Positions 53,301 to 64,000 of a DNA stretch of 64,000 nucleotides are shown in pieces. The stretch covers positions 1,116,001-1,180,000 of the forward strand of contig NC_090596.1 in NCBI RefSeq assembly GCF_000497125.1, given 5' to 3'. A model generated the notes under the pieces. The model did no database searches. It was not told the origin of the DNA and saw only the letters and a program-made list of their open reading frames with translations. Position 1 is the stretch's first letter; each line of letters starts with the position of its first letter. A program made the position numbers and the translations under genes. This stretch comes from Spironucleus salmonicida. Lineage: Eukaryota.

Positions 53301-56300
53301 CGAACTCGCCCAACTTGACCCCCTCAACGAGGTCGTCGAAGAGAACATGGAGCCCGAAGCTGCCGCTATGTGCGCCGCTGACAACACCGCCGATGAGCTT
53401 ACCAACTAACTCGCTGCCATCAGTGTTGCCGACCCGACCGCCCCCACTTAAGCAGCTGAGATCGAACGCCAGATTGCTGATCTTACGAAGTCGGTAGAAG
53501 CACTGAAGGGTGCTCCAGTTGACCTCCCAGTCTCCCAGTATGCCGACCAAGCTGAGCTCGCCGCTCTCAGAGAAGAGCTCGAACAGCTTAGAGCTGCCCC
53601 CGTTACTACCGAGCCTCTCGCCGCCGCTGAGTCAGCCGACCAGGACCTTGCCGAGAAGTTAGCTGCTTCCGAGCAAGAACTCACGGCCCTCAAGGAAGAG
53701 CTCGAACAGCTTAGAGCTGCCCCCGTTACTACCGAGCCTCTCGCCGCCGCTGAGTCAGCCGACCAGGACCTTGCCGAGAAGTTAGCTGCTTCCGAGCAAG
53801 AACTCACGGCCCTCAAGGAAGAGCTCGAACAGCTTAGAGCTGCCCCCGCCCCAATGGAAACTCTTTCCTCTGCTCCCGAGCTCCAGTCCGAGCTTACCAC
53901 TCTCAAGGAGTAAGTCGAACAGCTCAAGCAGGCTGATCCTATGTTACTCACCCGACTTAATAACGACAGGTAACAGTTAGCCGCTCTCAAGAACGAACTC
54001 GCCCAACTTGACCCCCTCAACGAGGTCGTCGAAGAGAACATGGAGCCCGAAGCTGCCGCTATGTGCGCCGCTGACAACACCGCCGATGAGCTTACCAACT
54101 AACTCGCTGCCATCAGTGTTGCCGACCCGACCGCCCCCACTTAAGCAGCTGAGATCGAACGCCAGATTGCTGATCTTACGAAGTCGGTAGAAGCACTGAA
54201 GGGTGCTCCAGTTGACCTCCCAGTCTCCCAGTATGCCGACCAAGCTGAGCTCGCCGCTCTCAGAGAAGAGCTCGAACAGCTTAGAGCTGCCCCCGTTACT
54301 ACCGAGCCTCTCGCCGCCGCTGAGTCAGCCGACCAGGACCTTGCCGAGAAGTTAGCTGCTTCCGAGCAAGAACTCACGGCCCTCAAGGAAGAGCTCGAAC
54401 AGCTTAGAGCTGCCCCCGTTACTACCGAGCCTCTCGCCGCCGCTGAGTCAGCCGACCAGGACCTTGCCGAGAAGTTAGCTGCTTCCGAGCAAGAACTCAC
54501 GGCCCTCAAGGAAGAGCTCGAACAGCTTAGAGCTGCCCCCGCCCCAATGGAAACTCTTTCCTCTGCTCCCGAGCTCCAGTCCGAGCTTACCACTCTCAAG
54601 GAGTAAGTCGAACAGCTCAAGCAGGCTGATCCTATGTTACTCACCCGACTTAATAACGACAGGTAACAGTTAGCCGCTCTCAAGAACGAACTCGCCCAAC
54701 TTGACCCCCTCAACGAGGTCGTCGAAGAGAACATGGAGCCCGAAGCTGCCGCTATGTGCGCCGCTGACAACACCGCCGATGAGCTTACCAACTAACTCGC
54801 TGCCATCAGTGTTGCCGACCCGACCGCCCCCACTTAAGCAGCTGAGATCGAACGCCAGATTGCTGATCTTACGAAGTCGGTAGAAGCACTGAAGGGTGCT
54901 CCAGTTGACCTCCCAGTCTCCCAGTATGCCGACCAAGCTGAGCTCGCCGCTCTCAGAGAAGAGCTCGAACAGCTTAGAGCTGCCCCCGTTACTACCGAGC
55001 CTCTCGCCGCCGCTGAGTCAGCCGACCAGGACCTTGCCGAGAAGTTAGCTGCTTCCGAGCAAGAACTCACGGCCCTCAAGGAAGAGCTCGAACAGCTTAG
55101 AGCTGCCCCCGCCCCAATGGAAACTCTTTCCTCTGCTCCCGAGCTCCAGTCCGAGCTTACCACTCTCAAGGAGTAAGTCGAACAGCTCAAGCAGGCTGAT
55201 CCTATGTTACTCACCCGACTTAATAACGACAGGTAACAGTTAGCCGCTCTCAAGAACGAACTCGCCCAACTTGACCCCCTCAACGAGGTCGTCGAAGAGA
55301 ACATGGAGCCCGAAGCTGCCGCTATGTGCGCCGCTGACAACACCGCCGATGAGCTTACCAACTAACTCGCTGCCATCAGTGTTGCCGACCCGACCGCCCC
55401 CACTTAAGCAGCTGAGATCGAACGCCAGATTGCTGATCTTACGAAGTCGGTAGAAGCACTGAAGGGTGCTCCAGTTGACCTCCCAGTCTCCCAGTATGCC
55501 GACCAAGCTGAGCTCGCCGCTCTCAGAGAAGAGCTCGAACAGCTTAGAGCTGCCCCCGTTACTACCGAGCCTCTCGCCGCCGCTGAGTCAGCCGACCAGG
55601 ACCTTGCCGAGAAGTTAGCTGCTTCCGAGCAAGAACTCACGGCCCTCAAGGAAGAGCTCGAACAGCTTAGAGCTGCCCCCGCCCCAATGGAAACTCTTTC
55701 CTCTGCTCCCGAGCTCCAGTCCGAGCTTACCACTCTCAAGGAGTAAGTCGAACAGCTCAAGCAGGCTGATCCTATGTTACTCACCCGACTTAATAACGAC
55801 AGGTAACAGTTAGCCGCTCTCAAGAACGAACTCGCCCAACTTGACCCCCTCAACGAGGTCGTCGAAGAGAACATGGAGCCCGAAGCTGCCGCTATGTGCG
55901 CCGCTGACAACACCGCCGATGAGCTTACCAACTAACTCGCTGCCATCAGTGTTGCCGACCCGACCGCCCCCACTTAAGCAGCTGAGATCGAACGCCAGAT
56001 TGCTGATCTTACGAAGTCGGTAGAAGCACTGAAGGGTGCTCCAGTTGACCTCCCAGTCTCCCAGTATGCCGACCAAGCTGAGCTCGCCGCTCTCAGAGAA
56101 GAGCTCGAACAGCTTAGAGCTGCCCCCGTTACTACCGAGCCTCTCGCCGCCGCTGAGTCAGCCGACCAGGACCTTGCCGAGAAGTTAGCTGCTTCCGAGC
56201 AAGAACTCACGGCCCTCAAGGAAGAGCTCGAACAGCTTAGAGCTGCCCCCGCCCCAATGGAAACTCTTTCCTCTGCTCCCGAGCTCCAGTCCGAGCTTAC

Positions 56301-59300
56301 CACTCTCAAGGAGTAAGTCGAACAGCTCAAGCAGGCTGATCCTATGTTACTCACCCGACTTAATAACGACAGGTAACAGTTAGCCGCTCTCAAGAACGAA
56401 CTCGCCCAACTTGACCCCCTCAACGAGGTCGTCGAAGAGAACATGGAGCCCGAAGCTGCCGCTATGTGCGCCGCTGACAACACCGCCGATGAGCTTACCA
56501 ACTAACTCGCTGCCATCAGTGTTGCCGACCCGACCGCCCCCACTTAAGCAGCTGAGATCGAACGCCAGATTGCTGATCTTACGAAGTCGGTAGAAGCACT
56601 GAAGGGTGCTCCAGTTGACCTCCCAGTCTCCCAGTATGCCGACCAAGCTGAGCTCGCCGCTCTCAGAGAAGAGCTCGAACAGCTTAGAGCTGCCCCCGTT
56701 ACTACCGAGCCTCTCGCCGCCGCTGAGTCAGCCGACCAGGACCTTGCCGAGAAGTTAGCTGCTTCCGAGCAAGAACTCACGGCCCTCAAGGAAGAGCTCG
56801 AACAGCTTAGAGCTGCCCCCGCCCCAATGGAAACTCTTTCCTCTGCTCCCGAGCTCCAGTCCGAGCTTACCACTCTCAAGGAGTAAGTCGAACAGCTCAA
56901 GCAGGCTGATCCTATGTTACTCACCCGACTTAATAACGACAGGTAACAGTTAGCCGCTCTCAAGAACGAACTCGCCCAACTTGACCCCCTCAACGAGGTC
57001 GTCGAAGAGAACATGGAGCCCGAAGCTGCCGCTATGTGCGCCGCTGACAACACCGCCGATGAGCTTACCAACTAACTCGCTGCCATCAGTGTTGCCGACT
57101 CGACCGCCCCCACTTAAGCAGCTGAGATCGAACGCCAGATTGCTGATCTTACGAAGTCGGTAGAAGCACTGAAGGGTGCTCCAGTTGACCTCCCAGTCTC
57201 CCAGTATGCCGACCAAGCTGAGCTCGCCGCTCTCAGAGAAGAGCTCGAACAGCTTAGAGCTGCCCCCGTTACTACCGAGCCTCTCGCCGCCGCTGAGTCA
57301 GCCGACCAGGACCTTGCCGAGAAGTTAGCTGCTTCCGAGCAAGAACTCACGGCCCTCAAGGAAGAGCTCGAACAGCTTAGAGCTGCCCCCGCCCCAATGG
57401 AAACTCTTTCCTCTGCTCCCGAGCTCCAGTCCGAGCTTACCACTCTCAAGGAGTAAGTCGAACAGCTCAAGCAGGCTGATCCTATGTTACTCACCCGACT
57501 TAATAACGACAGGTAACAGTTAGCCGCTCTCAAGAACGAACTCGCCCAACTTGACCCCCTCAACGAGGTCGTCGAAGAGAACATGGAGCCCGAAGCTGCC
57601 GCTATGTGCGCCGCTGACAACACCGCCGATGAGCTTACCAACTAACTCGCTGCCATCAGTGTTGCCGACCCGACCGCCCCCACTTAAGCAGCTGAGATCG
57701 AACGCCAGATTGCTGATCTTACGAAGTCGGTAGAAGCACTGAAGGGTGCTCCAGTTGACCTCCCAGTCTCCCAGTATGCCGACCAAGCTGAGCTCGCCGC
57801 TCTCAGAGAAGAGCTCGAACAGCTTAGAGCTGCCCCCGTTACTACCGAGCCTCTCGCCGCCGCTGAGTCAGCCGACCAGGACCTTGCCGAGAAGTTAGCT
57901 GCTTCCGAGCAAGAACTCACGGCCCTCAAGGAAGAGCTCGAACAGCTTAGAGCTGCCCCCGTTACTACCGAGCCTCTCGCCGCCGCTGAGTCAGCCGACC
58001 AGGACCTTGCCGAGAAGTTAGCTGCTTCCGAGCAAGAACTCACGGCCCTCAAGGAAGAGCTCGAACAGCTTAGAGCTGCCCCCGTTACTACCGAGCCTCT
58101 CGCCGCCGCTGAGTCAGCCGACCAGGACCTTGCCGAGAAGTTAGCTGCTTCCGAGCAAGAACTCACGGCCCTCAAGGAAGAGCTCGAACAGCTTAGAGCT
58201 GCCCCCGTTACTACCGAGCCTCTCGCCGCCGCTGAGTCAGCCGACCAGGACCTTGCCGAGAAGTTAGCTGCTTCCGAGCAAGAACTCACGGCCCTCAAGG
58301 AAGAGCTCGAACAGCTTAGAGCTGCCCCCGTTACTACCGAGCCTCTCGCCGCCGCTGAGTCAGCCGACCAGGACCTTGCCGAGAAGTTAGCTGCTTCCGA
58401 GCAAGAACTCACGGCCCTCAAGGAAGAGCTCGAACAGCTTAGAGCTGCCCCCGCCCCAATGGAAACTCTTTCCTCTGCTCCCGAGCTCCAGTCCGAGCTT
58501 ACCACTCTCAAGGAGTAAGTCGAACAGCTCAAGCAGGCTGATCCTATGTTACTCACCCGACTTAATAACGACAGGTAACAGTTAGCCGCTCTCAAGAACG
58601 AACTCGCCCAACTTGACCCCCTCAACGAGGTCGTCGAAGAGAACATGGAGCCCGAAGCTGCCGCTATGTGCGCCGCTGACAACACCGCCGATGAGCTTAC
58701 CAACTAACTCGCTGCCATCAGTGTTGCCGACCCGACCGCCCCCACTTAAGCAGCTGAGATCGAACGCCAGATTGCTGATCTTACGAAGTCGGTAGAAGCA
58801 CTGAAGGGTGCTCCAGTTGACCTCCCAGTCTCCCAGTATGCCGACCAAGCTGAGCTCGCCGCTCTCAGAGAAGAGCTCGAACAGCTTAGAGCTGCCCCCG
58901 TTACTACCGAGCCTCTCGCCGCCGCTGAGTCAGCCGACCAGGACCTTGCCGAGAAGTTAGCTGCTTCCGAGCAAGAACTCACGGCCCTCAAGGAAGAGCT
59001 CGAACAGCTTAGAGCTGCCCCCGCCCCAATGGAAACTCTTTCCTCTGCTCCCGAGCTCCATTCCGAGCTTACCACTCTCAAGGAGTAAGTCGAACAGCCC
59101 TTGTTAACCACTGAATAACCAATTGAGCTTACTAATTTAGATAGACTTAATAAGTCTAAAGATCAATTGGCCACTCTTAAGGATAAGGTTAACAGCGTCG
59201 CTAATGATGAAAAAATTGAAAACTAATTGGATACAGTTTAAGAATATATAGACGATATTGACGCACTCGTTTTAGCTATAGATGCAGTTTAGCCAGAAGC

Positions 59301-59904
59301 TGATGAATAGCTTCAATTACTCGACGAAAAACTTGATAACTTGAGTTTAGCTGTAAATGACTTAGTTATGGATGATAATGATGTAGAACTTGCCAATCTC
59401 GCAGATTCATTAGATAACTTAAAGAATGCACCAATTACAGAAAATCCAGAAACCCTCAAATAATTAGCAGATGCCCGTGCTAAAATTGAGGATCTTTCGA
59501 AACGTCTTTAAGACGTTCAAGAGGTCAAATAGGACATCTTTGCAGATGTTAATTTAGAAGAATTGCCAGCCCCCATTGCGGAGAAAATAGTGGAGGCCAA
59601 TAAGCAGTTGAACGAAGCAAAGAACTAAATAGATGACGCTAAGGTAGAGGTTGCGGAGACCAAAGCCAAGAGAAAGAGCGACAAAAAGAAGGTTAAGAAG
59701 TTAATGGATTAATATAATGTTGATAAGGCGAAACTGAGAGAATAAATGAAGATGGCCAAGAAAGCAGAGGCTTAATTGGCATCTATTAAGAGAATGATGG
59801 ATGAATTAGCTGGAATAGAGTAAAGACAAGAGTCAACTGATGCTAGTTAAATTGAAAGTTCTGTTGCTTTAGAGCCTATTGCATTAAGCGATTCAGCAGA
59901 GTGA
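44374..59904 (+). CDS. Giant ankyrin-repeat / coiled-coil (head-stalk, Protein 21.1/GASP-180-like) protein, about 5176 aa
   Basis: N-terminal WFTAARTGD and ankyrin motifs (GWSALHFAA, TALMIAAESGN, GNTALMIA, GLTAMMLAAKDGNLDAVKLL); the frame continues without TGA through 570- and 123-bp repeats (both multiples of 3) to GAGTGA. Confidence 0.88.
46153..59097 (+). repeat. Nested coding tandem array: 20 full units of 570 bp (plus extra 123-bp subunits) and one partial unit
   Basis: Unit spacings of 570, 693, 939 and 1062 bp; units are near-identical. Confidence 0.97.
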
Positions 59905-60210
59905 TATATGAAATGAAATTGCTTTATTCTTATTTTACTACTTTTATCTACAATAAAACAAATACTTTTATTTTTAAATAAAATATTGAATTTTATATTA
60001 TGATATAATGTACTTAATTTCTAAGAAATACGAAGATAATTGTGACATAATAAAATTTTGATTTTTATGTATTGTTATGTCCTAATTTAATATTCAATAT
60101 TATTGTATAAATAATATAATAATATATACTATAAATAATTATAAAAAAAATTATTAGTATAAAATATATATTAATCCATCTATTTTTAAATCAAGACCAT
60201 TCCTTTAAAT

Positions 60211-63150
60211 ATGGTTAAATCTGAGCCAGTACCTTAAGAAATTATTGATTGGCGTGAAGCACTATCAAATCCTAAATCAATTGAAAAAACGATGCAGGAG
60301 ATTGTGAAAGCTATGTCTAACGGCTTTGATGTTTCCCCACTTTTTTCAGATGTCCTGAAACACATGCAGACTACTAATTTGAAGCTCAAAAAGCTCATTT
60401 ACATCTTCTTAACTTCAAATGCGTATTAAAACTCAAATTACACACTGCTTGTAGTCAACGGTGTCGAAAATGACTCCCACAACGAATCACCCTTTATCCG
60501 CGCTCTTGCAATCCGCGCAATGGGCGCAATCGTGACAGCTGATGTTGCAGAACATTTCTGCCAGTCATTTACCCGTTTCGCATCCGATTTGGACCCGTTC
60601 GTCCGCAAAACAACATGCCCCGCTATCGCGAAGCTCTACAAGGTCAACCCCCAGCTCTGTACGGACACCAACTTGGTCCAGGTCCTCAGATCTCTAATTT
60701 TCGACTCAAATACTGCCGTCGTCTCAGCCGCAACGGCGTCTCTAGTGACCGTCTACTCGTCGACTCACCAGACGATTTTTTCGGCCGAAGAGACCAACCA
60801 GCTTCTTCTCGCGCTTTCTACCGCTAACGAGTGGTCAGCCCAGACAATTTTGTCTGCAATTTCGCAATTTTCGCAAATCAGCGAACCACAAATCGCAATT
60901 CAGCAAATTACACCGTTTCTACAGCATGCAAATCCTGCCGTCTCGTTGAGCGCTATTAACCTCATGAACAAATTTGGTCAGAACAGCGAGAGCTCTATCG
61001 TCAGTTTGATCAGTCAGGCAAGCTCCAGCGAGGTGTAGTTCGTTGCAATGCGCGCGTTACGCCTTGCGATGGTCCACAAGGAAAGTTTCAGCAGAAATTT
61101 GAAGCTCTTTTACGTTAATTTCAAGGACGAAATTTACGTTAAGTTGGAGAAAATTGAGCTTTTGGCGAGTTTTGCGACTTTGGAGGTCGTTCAGGACATC
61201 ATAAACGAGCTTACTGAGTATTGTCAGGATGTTAACGATTAGATCGTCAGAAAGAGCCTTTACGCGCTTGCAAAAATTGCGTGTAACGTGCCTCAGTCTG
61301 CCGATATGGTCGTGCAGACGTTTATTTTACTACTGACCGGTAAAAATGCTCAAAAAGATATTTAATTTAGATTGTAGCCTTATGCTGCTTAGGAATTGCT
61401 GGTTCAGATCCAAATGATCTTTAGAGCGTTCCCTGATAGATATGAAGGCGTTATAGGTGAGTTGACCGAAGCAATCGTCTAATATGATGATTACAGAGCT
61501 AAAAGCGCTTTAATTTGGATTTTAGGCGAATACAGTGACAGAATCGAAGGCGTTGAAGAAGTTATTTTGGATTTGTTCGACTAAGACGTAAAAACTGTTA
61601 AAAATGAGCACTGCGATGTTTAGTTCAGCTTATTGAATGCATCTGCCAAAGTTTATCTTAGCAACCAAAAGGATGCTACTTAAACCTTGTTTTTAGACCT
61701 TGTTGATGAAATGAAAAAATCTGACGAGCCTGGTGTTAGACAGAGAGCTAATTATCTTTCTAAGTTATTTAAGATGGATCCTACTCTTTAGCTTGCTAAG
61801 AGTGTTATTTATGTTTAAAAATCTATTCCAGTATTCACTGACGGTATTAGTCCAGTTTTGCAAAGCAAGCTTGTTTAGAGATTAGGGTCAGTTGAGGCGA
61901 CTATGCGCTAGGTTATTGTTTTAAATAACGTTGTAGGCGTTCATGATGCGGATGATGTTGTTGATTAATTCTAAAATGCTGAAAATGAGCAGCCAACACC
62001 AACGAGCATGCAATAGTAGATACCTTCACAAATTTCCTAACCACCTATGTAAGTACCTACTCCACCCATGTAATAATAGGATCCAGCACCTGCAATTGTC
62101 TCAAAACCAGTTGATCTTCTCGATGACGTAATGGGCGGTCCTCCTCCTAAACAGGCTCAGTAGAAAGTAGATCTAGTTGATGATATCTTTGGATTTGATA
62201 GCCCAACAGTTTCTGCACCTGCTACTGCTTCCGCAGTTGCACCTGTTTTTAATGCTCCTAATGCATAGTAGTAAGTTTAGTAAGCTGCTCCAGTATAATA
62301 GTAGTCATCTGAGCACCCAAATACGTAAACTCCCTAAGGAAATTACATGTTTGCTAACTGCCCAGTTCGTCCCAAAGATTAATCCTATCCTTTAAAATTA
62401 GTAGTTGGTTTCACTAGAATTAACGATTCCCCAGTTATGTTAGTTTAAATTAAAAATACTGCTTAGACTCCTATTATGAAACCTACTTTCGTATTTTAGT
62501 CTAATGCTTTTGGTATATAAGCATAAGAGTTAAATATCCCAGTTATCCCTGCATTAAACATGTTCAACTAAGGTAAACCAGTATAAATTAACTTTGTAGC
62601 AGAATCTCCATCTAATACTCTTGCTAATAAATTTAACATGCCTGACCTCAAGTTATAGTCTCAGCTTAACGTTCTCACCTTCTAAGTCAATACTTCTTAG
62701 GGAACATCTTACTTCTATTAGGTTAAGCTTCCAATTTCTATAGTATTCAACTCTTCTGGCTTTTGGCATAAATCTCGTCTTCTTACTGATTTCAATGGTG
62801 CTCAAAACGTTCTTTCTTAATCAAACTAATGGCCTGAATTTATCGAAATTCAAAACGTTTTCTTTGGCTAACTTCAAGCCACAGATTTTTCAACTTCTAT
62901 CAGCTCAGCTCTTATGAAACTTTAGGAAGCTAACTTCTTGCTTATTTAAACTACGAACGAGTCTGCTGATTTAGTTATCAACTCGACTATTCTTGGGTAA
63001 CAGGTCATTGCGGTCACTAATGTTTCTTGGTAACTGAGCCATAACCTCTAAAGTGTCGATTTCAGAGTTGTTTCTAAGGTTTAGGCTAGCCAGTCTCTTG
63101 TTGGTTAATTTGTTGTCAATGCTGCTGCTTAAGTTGTCTCTGGTAAGTGA
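60211..63150 (+). CDS. Adaptor protein complex beta subunit (AP-1/2 beta-adaptin), 979 aa
   Basis: GFDVSPLFSDVLKHMQTTNLKLKKLIYIFL, SPFIRALAIRAM, DPFVRKT, DEIYVKLEKIELL, AKSALIWILGEYSDRI; Q/P-rich hinge and C-terminal ear. Confidence 0.95.
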
Positions 63151-64000
63151 TACTTTTTCTATTTTCTTATTCGTTATTATTTCGTGCATAAACTATATAT
63201 TCAGTAAATAGAATATCGAATATAATGCGAATATGCATCAGATCAATAATAGCAGTAATATCATTGATTAGATATTTATTTTTGAGTGAAAAGGTATTCT
63301 AATAATGAAATTTCTATAAAAATAATCTGATCAAACTATTAATCTGTACTTTGCAGAATTGGAGATTTTACTAAGACAAGTTCGGCATTCGCATTTTACA
63401 TATAGTATATAGAGTTAGTACAGTCACTAATGATCCTAAAATCTCTAAATAATCATCGCTTTCTTAGGACAGTAAGGTATTTAGCTTCACATATTCTAAA
63501 TATCCGATGCTAATTAAATAAAGTTTGGTTCATTATGGAATTTCTAAGCCACTATGTGAATTCTCTTCATACTACTGCTAGTAAAACGCCTATCATAGAG
63601 AAAATCACTATATTCAGATTTTCGTAATAATAAATAAAGACTTTCCAGCTACAAAATAATATTTTTCAGCGGAATTTTCAAAAAAAAGTAAAACAGTGAT
63701 TTGGTCAAAAATATTATTATAATTTAATGATACACTATATTTTCTCTATCCAGCAGGCCTGATTATGACCATTCAGCGTCAACATTCATCTCTTCATTCC
63801 ATTTGTTAAATAATAATATTATATAATATCATATAATAATGTCATATTTTATTTTAATAAATTAATCTAATTATTCCAATTTTGACAGTCTAAACGCGCA
63901 TAACAAACGTCTATCTACAACGCTATTTCCCTTATTAAACCGTCCCCTACAGGCAACAAAACGAAGAACAGATCACTTCTTTGCATGTACCCCACCCTCA

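Noticed and set aside
46153-59097. CRISPR array or mobile-element interpretation of the tandem array
   Set aside because: No unique spacers, terminal repeats or transposase/RT motifs; units are in-frame protein repeats in a eukaryotic gene
46149-59111. Repeated track ORFs MVSSSAV..., MVGILGD... and MTPSTRS...
   Set aside because: Antisense or off-frame shadows of the giant plus-strand CDS

Overview
Eukaryotic, gene-dense, apparently intron-free genomic DNA from a hexamitin diplomonad (Spironucleus-like; species not determinable from this window alone). It uses the reassigned code TAA/TAG=Gln with TGA as the only stop, so the supplied standard-code ORF track is fragmented and largely misleading. 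Re-reading by hand in that code gives about 36 CDSs. They include an amino-acid transporter, a cysteine-rich membrane protein, a Qb-type SNARE, a single-domain PDI, a PHO80-type cyclin, two SHIPPO-repeat proteins, ABCF3/GCN20, a TMEM151-like protein, an R2R3 Myb, a CSC1/OSCA channel, an HVA22/REEP protein, SLX1 and beta-adaptin. The most striking structures are: (i) one 15.5-kb ORF (~5176 aa) with an ankyrin head and a nested, near-identical 570-bp/123-bp coding repeat array; (ii) a 1.4-kb two-block (CTTA)n-(CTAA)n satellite just behind the ABCF stop; (iii) a 16-19-bp motif repeated in unrelated coding and noncoding contexts; and (iv) sharp GC steps inside genes with apparently phased A/T tracts. 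All coordinates were derived manually and start codons of hypothetical genes are uncertain.
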